From: an uncultured delta proteobacterium
Lineage (GTDB): Bacteria; Desulfobacterota; Binatia; UBA9968
Assembly: GCA_963847445.1 (NCBI GenBank)
Contig: CAWJZV010000011.1
Location: 98,658 to 162,657 of the forward strand
Length of the DNA stretch: 64,000 nt
Direction of reading: 5' to 3'
Part shown: positions 1-11,829 of the stretch, piece after piece
How the letters are laid out: every line of letters begins with the position of its first letter
Numbering within the stretch: the stretch's first letter is position 1
Position numbers and translations under genes: made by a program
The notes under the pieces: generated by a model
What the model was told of the DNA's origin: nothing
The model's database searches: none
Seen by the model: the letters and a program-made list of their open reading frames with translations, nothing else

Positions 1-525
1 AAAGATTTTCCGCGGGCGATTCAGTCGATGGAGCGGGTCGTCGCCCTCGATCCCAAGAACGACGAGGCGCATTTTCAACTGGGCGCGCTCTACGACGAGA
101 GCAAAGTTAAAGACAAATCCATCGCCAGTATGAAGAAGGCCATCGAGCTCAATCCCAAGAACGCGCCGGCGCTCAACTACTTGGGCTACACCTGGGCGGA
201 GATGGGCGTGCAGCTGGACGAAGCCGAAGATTTGATCGTGCGGGCGCTCAAGATCGCGCCCAACGACGGTTTCTACATCGACAGCTTGGGTTGGGTTTAC
301 TATCAAAAGGGCGATTACCCGCGCGCCGTCGAGCAGCTTGAACGCGCCGTCGAACTGACGGTGGACGATCCGACGATCATCGAACATCTGGGCGATGCCT
401 ACGAGAAGGTCGGCCGGACCGACCGCGCCGTGGCGCGTTACCGCGAGTCGCTGAAGTTTTCCAAAGAGGCCGAGCAGACCAAGCGCGTGCGCGAAAAAAT
501 CCAGCGGCTGGAGAAAAAGATTTGA
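1..525 (+). CDS. TPR-repeat protein, C-terminal part (5' truncated by the window)
   Basis: Consecutive TPR motifs, e.g. ALNYLGYTWAEMG, FYIDSLGWVYYQKG, IIEHLGDAYEKVG. Confidence 0.9.
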   Translation, partial: KDFPRAIQSMERVVALDPKNDEAHFQLGALYDESKVKDKSIASMKKAIELNPKNAPALNYLGYTWAEMGVQLDEAEDLIVRALKIAPNDGFYIDSLGWVYYQKGDYPRAVEQLERAVELTVDDPTIIEHLGDAYEKVGRTDRAVARYRESLKFSKEAEQTKRVREKIQRLEKKI

Positions 526-1344
526 TCGATCTGCCTCGCTGCTCCGGCATCGTTCATCGGTCCGCCGCTCTTCGTTGCACTCGCGATTCTTGCGTTTATC
601 GTCACCGGTTGTGCCACCACCGCCAAACCGCCTGCCTTGCCGCAAGCGCCCGCGCCGCAGTGGGAGTCGGCCAAGCTGATCGAGTCGATGGGCCAACGGC
701 GCCAGCAGTTTCGCTCGGTGCGCGCGTTGGCGCGGGTCAACTATGCCGGCCCGGAGGGCAAGCATGGTTTCGAAGAAGCGGTGTTGGTGCAGCGGCCCGA
801 TCGATTGCGTTTGGAGACGCTGACCTTCCTGGGCGCGATCCTCATCGTCACGGCCAACGATAAAGAAATCATCGGCTACCATCCGCGCGAGGGCGTGCTG
901 GTGCGCGGCCGCAGCTCCAAAGAAAATTTGTTGCGCCTTACCCAGATCCCGCTGGAGCTTGACGAGATCACGGCGCTATTGCTTGGCTTGCCGCCGGTGG
1001 AGGCGTCGGCGCCGTGGCGCCAGGAAGGCAACTCGTTGATTTTTTCACTCAACGGCCGGATCAAAGACACCCTGGCGTTCGAGTCGCACTTGCCGGTGCC
1101 GACCCGATGGCAGCGCTTCAATGGCAGCGGCGCGCTCGAATTGACCGCGCTCTTCTCCGATTACATCACGACTCCGGCCGGCTTGTTTCCATCCAAGATC
1201 AACGTCGAGGCGCCACAGCAAGGCAGGAAGCTAGAGATCCGCTTCCAAGAGCCGGAATTCAACGCGACCATCCCCGCCGAATCGTTTTCTCAGCAAAAAC
1301 CGGCCAACGTCCAAGAAGTTCCCATCGAGATGATCGGGAGTTGA
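526..1344 (+). CDS. Lipoprotein, LolB/DUF4292-like; exact start uncertain
   Basis: ORF 637..1344 extends upstream in frame to a hydrophobic stretch and lipobox (LAILAFIVTG-C); RPDRLRLE motif; sits directly after the TPR gene. Confidence 0.7.
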   Translation, partial: SICLAAPASFIGPPLFVALAILAFIVTGCATTAKPPALPQAPAPQWESAKLIESMGQRRQQFRSVRALARVNYAGPEGKHGFEEAVLVQRPDRLRLETLTFLGAILIVTANDKEIIGYHPREGVLVRGRSSKENLLRLTQIPLELDEITALLLGLPPVEASAPWRQEGNSLIFSLNGRIKDTLAFESHLPVPTRWQRFNGSGALELTALFSDYITTPAGLFPSKINVEAPQQGRKLEIRFQEPEFNATIPAESFSQQKPANVQEVPIEMIGS

Positions 1345-1347
1345 GCG

Positions 1348-3143
1348 ATGTTTGCGAAAAGCTGGCGATTCATTCTTCCGGTGCTTTTTATCGCGAGCTG
1401 CGGCGACAAGACCGAGGTCAAAGTCGCCGATGTCAAACCTGTGCTGAGCAAAGAGGAAGCCGGCAAACCGGTGACCGGGGATTGGTTGGTGCTCCATAGA
1501 CTGAGCGATCCGGAGCAACTTAATCCGCTGACCAGCAATGATGCGGCTTCGAGCGAGATCGCTGGGCTTTATCGTTCGAGGCTCTGCTGACCCGAGATCC
1601 GCGTACTCTTGATCTCAAACCGTACATCGCCGAAGCGCGCCCGGAAATTTCCGCCGATAAATTGACCTATACTTTTAAGATTCGCCGAGACGCTCACTTT
1701 CAAGACGGTCGTCCGCTTACCGGCGAAGATGTTTTGTTCAGCGTCAAAGCGATCAAATGCCCTTTGTCAACGCGCCGTTTCTGCGGGTCTATTTCAATTC
1801 TCTCATCGATGCCCAGCTGCGTCGATCCTTACACCATTCGGTTCAAAACCAAGGAACCGTACTTTCTCAATGAAAGCGTGCTCGGTGGCATTACGGTGCT
1901 TACCGCGCCATTACTACGATCCGGAAAATCTATTGAAACAGTCGGCGTAACGGTAAGAGCTCTCGCGCGAGATCCGGCCAAGTTGCCGGCCGAAGCTAAA
2001 CAGTTCGGCGACCACTTCAACAAGAACTACAGCCGGAATCCGATGGGCAGTCGGACCGTACAAGTTCAACGGCTGGAAAACCGGCCGCGAGGTTGAACTG
2101 ATTCGGCGATCCGGAATTATTGGGGCAACGGCAAGGCAGGAATCGATCAACCCCATCTCGATCGCCTGAAATTTCGGGTCGTCAACAATATCGACGCGGC
2201 GTTGATCAGTCTGAAGAGCGGCAGCCTCGACTACATTGAGGCCTGCAGCCGGTGCAAGCCGTACGCGGCACCGACAGCGAATCGATTCAAGCAGGAATTC
2301 CGAAAAGTACGAATATTACTCGCCGACCTACACCTATCTCGGCTGGAACAACGACCATCCGATTTTTCGCGATAAACGAGTTCGCCAAGCCATGACCTAT
2401 TTCACCAATCGGAAACAGATCGTAAAAAGCGTCTTGTTCGGTCTTGGGCGAAGTGGTCGACAGCCATATTTATCTTTTCCGTCCCGAGTACGACAAAACT
2501 CTGGTCGAGTTATCCTTATCGATCCGGCCAAAGGCGATGGCACTACTTGCCGAAGCCGGCTGGAAGGACACTGACGGTGACGGTGTCTCGGATAAAGATT
2601 ATCGATGGCAAGAAAATTCCACTTCGATTCGAGATTAAAGTTAACTCCGGCAACGCGGTGCGCAAGAGCGTTGCGCTTGGTACTGCTGGACGAGCTAAAA
2701 AAGCACGGCATCGCTGCCAGCGTGCGAGAGCTTGGACTGGACGATTTTTCTCAATGACGTAAAGAACCACACAATTTGATGCCATGGTTCTCGGTTGGCA
2801 GATGTCGACGACTGAGCCGGATGCCTATCAGGTGTGGCACTCCTCGCAGGCGGCGAACAAAGGCTCGAACGCGATCAGCTACAAAAATTCTCGGGTCGAC
2901 GAGATTTTCGAATTGTACCGGCGTGAGTTCGACGCGCAAAAACGAATTGAAACTGTATAACGAGTTTCAAAAAATCCTCAGTGACGAGCAGCCTTACACG
3001 TTTCTTATATCTGCCGAAGCGAGTCTCGGCGGTGCAGCGCCGTTTCGAAGGCGTGGAAATTTTTCCCGACGGACTCCGACCCATCGATTGGTGGGTGCCC
3101 GCGCAGGAGTCAAAAATTCGCGAGCACGATAACGGCCCAATAA
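1348..3143 (+). CDS. Peptide/nickel ABC transporter substrate-binding lipoprotein (family 5), several frameshifts
   Basis: Lipobox FIASC; fragments SDPEQLNPLT, TYTFKIRRDAHFQDGRPLTGEDV, DKRVRQAM, LLAEAGWKDTDGDG and DEQPYTFLY lie in alternating frames. Confidence 0.85.
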
Positions 3144-3151
3144 TTCTCCCC

Positions 3152-4183
3152 ATGACCGGTTATTTCTTTCAACGATTGTTGTTGATGATACCGACCTTTA
3201 TCGGCATTACGCTCATCGTTTTTCTGATCGTCCGCTTAGCGCCTGGCGATCCAGCCGAGCTGCGCGCCGCCGGCGGACTTGGCGCGGCGGCGAGCGGTGG
3301 CATCTCGACGGAAAAACGCGGCGCGGTGGATGAAGCGATGGCCCAGTGGCGCGCGCAGTACGGTCTCGATAAACCGCTTTACGTTCAGTATGCCGTTTGG
3401 TTGAAAAATATCTTCACATTGAGCTTCGGCGTTTCTTTCAAAGACAGCCAGCCGGTATGGGGTAAAATTACCGAGCGTATTCCGGTGACGCTCAAGCTTA
3501 ATTTTTGGTCGCTTCTGGTGGTGTATTTGGTGGCGATCCCTTTCGGTATTTACTCGGCCACGCATCAGAATTCGATTGCCGATCAGGCGACAACATTGAT
3601 CGCCTTCGTGTTGTTCGCCGTGCCGCTGGTCTGGGCGGCGACCATGGCGCTGGTGTTTCTCTGCGGCGGCGATTTCTATTATTTCTTCCCGCCCGGCGGA
3701 CTGGAGTCGCTGGATGCGGCGGAAAACTGGTCCTGGTGGCGCAAGATCACGGACCATGCGTGGCATTTGTTTTTGCCCGTGGTGCTGCTTTCCTACGACG
3801 GCTTCGCCGGGCTGTCGCGCTATATGCGCTCGAGCATGCTCGAAGTCTTGCGCCAGGATTATGTCCAGGTCGCCCGCTCCAAGGGGCTCGACGAAGGCGT
3901 CGTCGTCTTCAAGCATGTTCTGCGCAATTCGCTGATACCGCAGGTGACTTTGCTCGCCTCCATCTTGCCCGGAATGATTGGCGGCAGCGTGATCATCGAA
4001 ACGATCTTTTCCATTCCCGGTTTAGGGCAGCTCGGCTTCGAGTCCGTTTTGTCCCGCGACTATCCCGTGGTGCTGGCGTTGCTCGCTGTGACGTCGATTT
4101 TGACCTTGATCGGCATCTTGATCTCGGATCTGCTATTGGCTGTTGTCGATCCGCGCATCGCCTTCGGCCGCCGGGCGCAATAA
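3152..4183 (+). CDS. oppB: Peptide ABC transporter permease, OppB/DppB family
   Basis: APGDP motif, EAA loop RSSMLEVLRQDYVQVARSKG, C-terminal VDPRI. Confidence 0.9.
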   Translation: MTGYFFQRLLLMIPTFIGITLIVFLIVRLAPGDPAELRAAGGLGAAASGGISTEKRGAVDEAMAQWRAQYGLDKPLYVQYAVWLKNIFTLSFGVSFKDSQPVWGKITERIPVTLKLNFWSLLVVYLVAIPFGIYSATHQNSIADQATTLIAFVLFAVPLVWAATMALVFLCGGDFYYFFPPGGLESLDAAENWSWWRKITDHAWHLFLPVVLLSYDGFAGLSRYMRSSMLEVLRQDYVQVARSKGLDEGVVVFKHVLRNSLIPQVTLLASILPGMIGGSVIIETIFSIPGLGQLGFESVLSRDYPVVLALLAVTSILTLIGILISDLLLAVVDPRIAFGRRAQ

Positions 4184-4199
4184 GCCAATTTCAACGGTC

Positions 4200-5254
4200 A
4201 TGGCATCGACGAATTCGACAACACAAGACAGGGTAACGGAGACCACCGAAGCTGGCGGGCTATGGTCCGATGTGTGGCAGCGCTTCAAACGCAATCCGGT
4301 CGCGCTTACCGGCTTTCTCGTGGTCTGTGTTTTTGTCTTCATGGCGCTGTTCGCCGATTTCATCGCCAACGATAAACCTTACTACACCGAGTATAAAAGC
4401 AAATCGTATTTTCCAATCTTTCGGAGCTACTTGGTGGCAATGAAGCTCGGCCAATGGCCCGTGGAGCTTGTCAACGCCGAGTTCAAGAAACTCGAAGGCG
4501 CCAAGTCGTTCTTCCCGCCAATCCCTTATCGCCCCAGTAACATCAATCTTCTCGAACCCCTCGAGCCGCCGTCTGGGCGTCATTGGTTCGGCACCGACAA
4601 GTTGGGCCGGGACGTCATGGCGGGCATGATTCATGGATCGCGGGTCTCGCTATCGATTGGTTTTGTTGCCGTTGGGATCGCGGTCATGATCGGCATCGTG
4701 CTCGGCGCCATTGCCGGATACTTTGGCTCGTGGACGGATTTGCTCATTTCGCGATTGTTCGAGGTCATGTTGTCGATCCCGACGTTTTTTCTCTTGATCA
4801 CCATCGCGGCGCTTTTGCCGCCAAGTATCTTTCTCACGATGTTCATCATCGGCGCGACCAGTTGGGTCGGCATCGCGCGGTTTACCCGAAATGAATTTCT
4901 GCAGGATTCGTAATCTCGATTACGTGACCTCGGCGATCGCGCTTGGGGGGCACGGACCGCAAGGTGATGTTCAAACATATTTTGCCGAACGCATTGGCAC
5001 CGGTCATCGTTTCGGTGGTTCTCGGCATCGCCGGGGCGATCCTGGTCGAATCGAGTTTGAGTTTTCTCGGCATCGGCGTGCCGGCCGAGCTGGTGACTTG
5101 GGGTTCGATTCTTCACGAAGCCAGTACTACGACCTACGCCTGGTGGCTCGCGGTCTTTCCCGGTTTTGCCATTTTCATCACCGTGCTGGCTTACTATCTC
5201 GTCGGCGAAGGGTTGCGCGAAGTGCTCGACCCGCGCTTGCGAGGCTTGCGTTAG
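4200..5254 (+). CDS. oppC: Peptide ABC transporter permease, OppC/DppC family (frameshift near 4900-4945)
   Basis: HWFGTDKLGRDV, KHILPNALAP, ESSLSFLGIG, GEGLREVLDPR. Confidence 0.9.
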
Positions 5255-5410
5255 TCCGATTCTTTCTGATAATTCGAAGTTCACAATTCGTTGGAGTGAG
5301 GTTGGTGAAACGACCGATAGTCGTGGTCATGCGGTTTGGCTTGTCGCTGCCAAGTCGAGTTGAAACAATCGCCAAGGAGCCGAGAGCGAAATCTTGAGGA
5401 GACAGTCAGC

Positions 5411-6539
5411 ATGGCGGAAAAGACCCTCGAAGAAATCAAAGCGGATATCGCCCATCGCGCCGGGCGGATCAATCCGTTCGAGCGGGTGAAGAAAGAAGAC
5501 GTCGATCAGGTTCTGAAGAATCTAACCAGTCTCGATTCGGAGCTGTGGGGGCGCGAATGGGGCAAGTTCGGCGCCAAGTACGAAGCGTTGGGCGATGACC
5601 AAGAAAAACAGGGTAAGAAGAATGAAGCCGGTGAAACTTTCTATCTCGCCTACGAGTACTATCGCATCGGTCGTTACCCGGTGCCGAGCAGCCCGGAGAA
5701 AATGACCTGCTACCGGGGCGCGCTGCGCACCTTTCTCAAGGCCGCGCCATACTATGGATCCGCCGCTGGAGCGTTGTGAGATTCCCTTCGAAGGCAAAAA
5801 AGTCGTCGGCTATCTGCAAGTGCCCACGGGCGTCAATCGGCCGCCAGTCGTCATGCACTGGGGCGGCGTCGACGGTTGGAAAGAAGACCGCCGCACCAAC
5901 AGTGACGTGCTGCTCAAGAGCGGCATCGCCTGCTTCACCATCGACATGCCCGGCGCTGGGGAGAATCCCTGTTTGGGCCAGGAGCCCAAAGCCGAGAGAA
6001 CGTTCTCGGCGGCGATGGATTATTTGGCCACGCGCAGTGATATCGACGGAAAGCGCATTGCCTGCATGGGCGGTAGCTTCGGCGGCTACTGGGCGGCCAA
6101 GCTGGCGCACACCGAGCCCAAGCGGCTGCGCGGCGCGGTCAATTGGGGCGCCGGCGTGCACCGGACCTTTCAAGAGGAGTGGCTGCGCCCGGCGCTGACT
6201 TTGACCGCGTCGCAATACTTGATGGGGCCGGCGAGCTTGCTCGACGCGCGCTCGTATATTTTCGGCCTGAAGAGTTTGGCGGATGTTCTAAAAACCGCGC
6301 CGACCTTGTCGCTGGTGACCCAGGGTTTGATCGATCAACCTTGCGCACCGCTTCTGTGCATCAACGGCAAAGACGACGACCAGCACCCGATCAGCGATTT
6401 ATACTTACTGGCGGAGCATGGCAGCCCGAAGGATCTGCGCATCATCGCTGGCGCCGGCCATATGGGCCGAAAGAAAGGTCAGTCGAACGACGAGGTGGTC
6501 GATATCGTGACTCAGTGGCTCAAAGAAAAGTTGGCTTAG
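5411..6539 (+). CDS. Alpha/beta hydrolase, FrsA / dihydroxypseudooxynicotine hydrolase-like (frameshift near 5755)
   Basis: Nucleophile elbow GGSFGG, DMPGAGE, NGKDD acid residue and GHMG histidine; RBS GAGGAG. Confidence 0.85.
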
Positions 6540-6688
6540 GGCAAATTTGCCGTTGACCACGTCGCTCGCGGGTGAGAACCTCGACATAGGGTTTGCAAAA
6601 AGAGTGACAGCGCCTCGACCGCGAAAAATGGCTTAGTTTATTGTGAAATTTGGCATCTGAAATCTGCAGTTCTGAACGGAGTGAGAAT

Positions 6689-7237
6689 ATGGCACGCATC
6701 GCAACTATCGATAAGAAAGAAGACCTAAAACCCGAGCATCATAAAATCTACGACGCCATCGCGCAGAGCCGCGGCGCGGTGGGCGGGCCGTGGAGAGCGC
6801 TCCTGCACAGCCCGGAGATGGCGTATCGGACCATGCATCTGGGCAGCTATGTGCGCTTCGAGTCGAGCTTGGATCACAAGGTTATTGAGTTCGCCGCGTT
6901 GGTTTCGGCGCGGGAGCTCGACTGCAAACATGAATGGGCCGCCCATGTGAACCACGCGCAGAAGGCGGGCATCGCCCTCGACACCATTCGCGCGGTTTAC
7001 CAAAAACAGGGCGCCGAGACCTTTTCATCGGAAGATGCCCAGCTGGTCAGTTTCGTCCGCGAGATGATTCACGATCATCGCGTGAGCGAGCCGACGTTCC
7101 AGGCGATCCACGGCCGGTTCGGCGACAAGGGGATGGTCGAGTTGTCCGCGACCATCGGTTACTACGCCATGCTCGCGTGCACGCTGAACACCTTCGACGT
7201 CTACACGGTCACGCCGCCCGACGATTTGAAGATCTGA
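6689..7237 (+). CDS. Carboxymuconolactone decarboxylase / AhpD-like protein
   Basis: GPWRALLHSP, CKHEWAAH and ELSATIGYY motifs. Confidence 0.85.
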   Translation: MARIATIDKKEDLKPEHHKIYDAIAQSRGAVGGPWRALLHSPEMAYRTMHLGSYVRFESSLDHKVIEFAALVSARELDCKHEWAAHVNHAQKAGIALDTIRAVYQKQGAETFSSEDAQLVSFVREMIHDHRVSEPTFQAIHGRFGDKGMVELSATIGYYAMLACTLNTFDVYTVTPPDDLKI

Positions 7238-7379
7238 CCCGGAGCCCGCCGTGCGTGTCGTCGTTCTCGACGACGACACGCGGCGACCGCGGCCTGTATC
7301 TCGCCGCGAGAGCCGGCAAAGGCAGCGCTAGGCGACCGATCCGACATAAAATCCGTCCTGCCCGTAGCTTAGTCGATTC

Positions 7380-9020
7380 ATGGCCAAGAAACGTTCCGCG
7401 CGGCGGCAAGCCGCTCCAGTGGCAGCGGCGGTTGCGCCGCGTCCAATAGGCGCGCTCTTTCAAGTGTGCCTGACCGTAGCTTTGCTCGCTGTCTACGCCG
7501 GCTTTCTCGCTCACCCGGTCGACCTCACCACCAGCGACCTCGGCCGCTACCTGAAGAACGGCGAACTTTTTTTTCAGCGCGGTCTTATCGCCGACACCAA
7601 TCTTTTCGCCTACACGACGCCGGATCATCCGTTCGTCAATCATTCTTGGGGCAGCGGTGCGATCTACTTTGTCGTCGAGCGTACGCTAGGCTTTGCCGGA
7701 CTCTCGCTGTTTTTTCTCACTGTGAGCGTGACCACCCTATGGATTTTCTTCCGCCTGGCCGTGCGCTACGGCAGCTTCGCTCTCGGGGCTGTATTGACCG
7801 TCATCGTCATGCCGATTCTGATCACCCGCAGCGAAATTCGACCGGAAATGTTCAGCTATCTGATGAGCGGCCTGTTTCTGCATCTGCTGTGGGATTACCG
7901 GCAAGGCCAACGTGGCGCGCGTTGGCTGATGATTCTACCGCTGTTGCAGATTGTTTGGGTCAACCTGCATATTTATTTCTTTCTCGGTATGTTTCTCGTC
8001 GGTGTTTTTCTTTTGCAGTCGCTCATCGATCTTGCCGCCCGGAGTGCGCCCCGAGCAAGTTCCCAAAGGCAGCCATGGAAAGTTCTCGCCGCGGTCGCGG
8101 TGGCGACCGTTGCCGCCAGTTGTATCAATCCCGCGGGGTTGCGCGGCGCGGTCTATCCGCTGTTTATCTTCCAGGGCTATGGATTTCCGGTTATCGAAAA
8201 CTATTCGGTGCCGGCCATTCTTCAGGCAGGCTTTCAGTTTCTTCCGCTGACTTTTTTCTTAGTCATCCTTGGCCTGCTCTGTTTAAGTTGGCTTTACGTC
8301 ATCATTAAAGACCGTTCTAGTTTCTCGGTAAGCAACTTTGTCCTGACGTTGTTCTTCGCCGCGCTGGCATGGTGGAGCATCCGTAACTTCGTTATCTTCG
8401 CTTTCTTTGCGTTGCCGCTGACGGCGGCTAACTTTCACAGCATGGTGCGAGCGCAGTCCTCGCGCTGGCTCAATTCGTCCTGCGGCACTGTGGCTACGGT
8501 GAGTGGTGTGGCGGTTCTGCTCTTGCTGATCAATCCGGCATTTTTTTTTGCCGGCGGGCGCGGCGCCTTTGGCATCGGTCTCAAAGAGGGCAATCTGGCG
8601 GCGCTGGAGTTTCTCCGGAGCGAGCGATTGCAGGGGCCGCTCTTCAACACCTTCGACGTCGGCAGCTATTTGACTTATGGCCTTTATCCGCGCGAGCGTG
8701 TGTATGTCGACAACCGCCCTGAAGCCTATCCGGCGACGTTTTTCACCGAGGATTATTTTCCCCTCTTGGTGAACGAGGAGAAGTGGCGCAGCCATCTGGC
8801 CGCCCATAAATTCAACAGCATCGTCATCAACCCCAGTGGCCACTCCGCGGCGGCGGAAAATTTTGTCATTCAGCGCATGCTCGACCCGGATTGGGCGGCG
8901 GTGTTTTTCGACAAGGAAATTCTTATCCTCGCCCGCCGGTTCGGCCCCAATCAACCAGTCATCGCCAAGTACGAACTGCCGCGCGAAGCGGTGCTGCAAA
9001 AAGCCGAGGGAGGGAAGTGA
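7380..9020 (+). CDS. Multi-pass membrane protein, GT-C glycosyltransferase-like
   Basis: About 12 hydrophobic segments; D-x-x-x-x-L-x-x-G loop after TM1, RPE and WVNLH motifs; C-terminal soluble domain with YVDNR. Confidence 0.6.
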   Translation: MAKKRSARRQAAPVAAAVAPRPIGALFQVCLTVALLAVYAGFLAHPVDLTTSDLGRYLKNGELFFQRGLIADTNLFAYTTPDHPFVNHSWGSGAIYFVVERTLGFAGLSLFFLTVSVTTLWIFFRLAVRYGSFALGAVLTVIVMPILITRSEIRPEMFSYLMSGLFLHLLWDYRQGQRGARWLMILPLLQIVWVNLHIYFFLGMFLVGVFLLQSLIDLAARSAPRASSQRQPWKVLAAVAVATVAASCINPAGLRGAVYPLFIFQGYGFPVIENYSVPAILQAGFQFLPLTFFLVILGLLCLSWLYVIIKDRSSFSVSNFVLTLFFAALAWWSIRNFVIFAFFALPLTAANFHSMVRAQSSRWLNSSCGTVATVSGVAVLLLLINPAFFFAGGRGAFGIGLKEGNLAALEFLRSERLQGPLFNTFDVGSYLTYGLYPRERVYVDNRPEAYPATFFTEDYFPLLVNEEKWRSHLAAHKFNSIVINPSGHSAAAENFVIQRMLDPDWAAVFFDKEILILARRFGPNQPVIAKYELPREAVLQKAEGGK

Positions 9021-9109
9021 TGGGCCGTTAGTTGACACGCTGTCAGGTCGTCGGATAGGCTCGCTGCGATTGCGCGGGCCGATGGCGCGCAACAATTTTT
9101 ATAAGGGGA

Positions 9110-9886
9110 ATGAAGATGAAGCTCAAGGATCAAGTGGCATTAATTACCGGCGCGGGCAGAAACATCGGCAAGTCGATGGCGAAACTGTTCGCGGCCGAAG
9201 GCGCGAAGATCGTCGTCGCCGAGATGCATGAGGGGCGCGGCCAAGCGGTGGTCGACGAGATCACCCAATCCGGCGGCCAAGCGGCGCTCGTGTTGGGCGA
9301 TGTTTCCAAGTCGGCGGACGTGCGGCGCTTGGTGAAAGAAGCGGTGGGTAAGTTCGGCGGCATCGATATTCTCGTCAACAACGCGGCGCTTACCGATCAC
9401 GCCAATATTTTCGACAGCACCGAAGAAGAGTTCGACAAGGTCATCGCCGTCAGTTTGAAAGGTCCGTATCTGGTGACGAAGTATGTCGCCATGGAGATGA
9501 AGAACCAAGGTCGCGGCGGCAAAATTTTGAATTTTGGCTCGACATCAGGCTTGGTCGGCCGCTTCGACGGCATCGCCTACGCGGCGGCCAAAGCCGGCGT
9601 GATCAACATGACCCGCGCCATGGCGGTGCAGCTGGCGGAGTACGGCATTCGCGTCAATTGCGTTGTGCCCAACCGCTCCGGTTCGCCGGTGGGTTACGAC
9701 GACGACGTGGCCGGTAGCCGGACGTTTCAAAATCTCGCCGGCCGTCTCGGCACGGCTGACGATCAGGCCAAGGCCGCATTGTTTCTGGTCAGCGACGATT
9801 CCAGTTTTATCATCGGCCATCCGTTGATCGTCGACGGCGGCGTCATGGCGACGGCGAATTTCCCGCGGGAGCAGTTTCAGAAATAA
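9110..9886 (+). CDS. Short-chain dehydrogenase/reductase (SDR)
   Basis: TGAGRNIG, NNAA, YAAAK, VDGG. Confidence 0.95.
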   Translation: MKMKLKDQVALITGAGRNIGKSMAKLFAAEGAKIVVAEMHEGRGQAVVDEITQSGGQAALVLGDVSKSADVRRLVKEAVGKFGGIDILVNNAALTDHANIFDSTEEEFDKVIAVSLKGPYLVTKYVAMEMKNQGRGGKILNFGSTSGLVGRFDGIAYAAAKAGVINMTRAMAVQLAEYGIRVNCVVPNRSGSPVGYDDDVAGSRTFQNLAGRLGTADDQAKAALFLVSDDSSFIIGHPLIVDGGVMATANFPREQFQK

Positions 9887-9895
9887 AGTTAGCCG

Positions 9896-10123
9896 TTGCA
9901 AACGTTGAGGCTCAGACTGGTGCTTCAATCGATCGTCGCGCTGTCCGTAGTCGCCTGCGGTGCGTGTTCAAATGCGGCGACGCCGGTGCGCAAGGCGGTG
10001 ATCGGCCATGCGACGTTGACCAACAAGCTGGGTCACGACGTTGTGGCCGGGCCGAACATCAAGACCGCAAAGGATTTGCGCGGATTATCATCGTTGGATA
10101 ACGAGCTTGGTGACGATGCATAG
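9896..10123 (+). pseudogene. Internally deleted remnant of an NMT1/THI5-like ABC substrate-binding protein
   Basis: Signal peptide plus KAVIGHATL joined directly to VVAGPNIKTAKDLRG; only 75 aa. Confidence 0.5.
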
Positions 10124-10134
10124 CCTGCCATTTT

Positions 10135-10237
10135 GTCATTCCCGCGCACGCGGGAATGATGGATTATCGTCACTCCGGTGAAAACCGGGGTCCATCCCCA
10201 CGCCTTAACCTGGATGCCGGCTTCCACCGGCATGACG
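10135..10237. repeat. Cluster of CGTC/TGGA-type REP-like palindromes
   Basis: GTCATTCCCGCG-CA-CGCGGGAATGA, plus the inverted pair CGTCACTCCGGTGAAAACCGGGGTCCA ... TGGATGCCGGCTTCCACCGGCATGACG. Confidence 0.75.
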
Positions 10238-10292
10238 GAGCCTAGTTCAACGCGCGACGAGAGAAATCGTCGATTGTCGCGAGACTGTACTC

Positions 10293-11547
10293 TCAGCGAT
10301 AGAGCGGCAACGCTGCGACACGCCGCTCGATTTGCCGCCATCATCTTTTTGTATTCGACTCCATTGACGCCGCCGAAGCGGCGCTTGAACTCCGCCTCCG
10401 GCATCAATTCCGGCAGATCGGCAGTGGCGGGCATGATGTCTTTTTCAGCTATTCCGCCGGATAACCGTTGCTGAAATTTCTTCGCGCTGGTGATTCCGGC
10501 GGCAAGCTCTCCAAAGCGCGTGCCGGCACGGTCGGCGGCGATGTCGCTAAAGGAAAAGCCGCTGCCAGCGCGTGAGTCGGCGATTTCTTTATAAAGCCCC
10601 ACGGCGTCTGCGAGCGGGCTGCCGGCACTGGCGGCGAGCGCGGCGGAGACGATAAAGTGTTTGGCGAAGTCGTCACGGCCGTTGAGCGTAACGATCTGCT
10701 CGGTCGGCTGCGGCCAACTCTTGGCCGCCGGTAATAACCGGCCGAGCGATTTGCCGTTGACATAGAAAGCCAGGACGACAAGGGCGGCGCGATTCTCGCC
10801 CGCAGCGCTCAATTGTTGTGAGCGAAATGTGGCGAGTTCAAACAGGGCGACTGAGAGTTCGGCCAGAGGGACATTTCGTGTTTTGGGCGAACTGTTGATT
10901 AACGCCAAACGTTCTTGATAGATACGCAGCCGTTCTTGATCCTCTGGTGAAATGACCGCCGCGGTGAGTTGGCCGGTTGACGAAGCTGGCCATTCGTAGC
11001 CAACCACGATTTGGCCATTTCTGATCTCTACTCGCTTGATGGCAGCATTGATCATGTCGTAGGCGTCTTTTCCGATCAGCTGTGCGCCGATCAGCTTGAT
11101 TAACCAATTGCCAACGAACCCCGGCAGTGGCAGCTGGCCGATGCGTAGTTCCTCGAATTGTAGCGCTGACCTGCCGCCGGAAAGGATCGCGCCGATATTG
11201 AAATAAAAAATAACCGGTGCCTTCGGCGGCCGCAGGCTGGCGGTCAAATCGATTCTGCCGTCGCTCACGGTGAGCCGAGCGCCGCCGTTGGCGTAAAAGT
11301 ATGCGAGGTAATTGGCGGCTAGATCGAGATCTCGCTGGTTTAGCGTGAGTGATTGGCGAGTCCGGTATGCCGGTTCACGCGGGTCGTTTTGCGCCAGGAT
11401 CTGCCGCGCGCTGTGAATATTGCCCGGGGTGATTTCGGCGGCACGCCTGACGGTCGGGTGGCGGTCGATTGCCATATAAATGGCCGCGACCAGTACAAGC
11501 GGCAGCAGGTACGAAAGTATAGTGAGGATTCTGCTTAATAAGCGCAT
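10293..11547 (-). CDS. Membrane-anchored hypothetical protein with a YfiM/DUF2279-like C-terminal motif (frameshift near 10335; probable true end ...AALPLYR*)
   Basis: N-terminal TM helix; DDFAKHFIVSAAL ... KEIAD ... GSGFSFSDIAAD. Confidence 0.65.
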
Positions 11548-11638
11548 GACATGATGCCCGGAAATTTTACGTCATGCTTCGACAAAAGCCAACTGTTTTA
11601 ATGTTATTGCGCAGGCAACGAAGAAAATTCTAGCACGC

Positions 11639-11815
11639 TAAGCCAGCTGGGTTTTCAGCCAGCTAACCATGGTCGGAAAAGTCTGCGCTTGGCCCATGTG
11701 GCCGCTGGGGAAGGCTCTGGCTGACTTGGGGTTGCCGGACTCCAGCAAGATATAAAGATCGGCGATGGGGTTTGCAGGTCGTCTTTGCCGTTGAGGGCGG
11801 CAAAATTATCGACGG
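11639..11815 (-). pseudogene. C-terminal remnant of an alpha/beta hydrolase paralogous to 5411..6539
   Basis: Across frameshifts reads LNGKDDLQTP/IADLYILLESGNPKS/GHMGQAQTFPTMVSWLKTQLA*, matching INGKDDDQHPISDLYLLAEHGSPK...GHMG...WLKEKLA. Confidence 0.7.
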
Positions 11816-11829
11816 CGATCAGACCGCGG

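Noticed and set aside
2981-4183. Fusion of the substrate-binding protein and permease in the 400-aa ORF
   Set aside because: An indel near 3105 explains it; a stop at 3143 and an ATG at 3152 restore two normal genes
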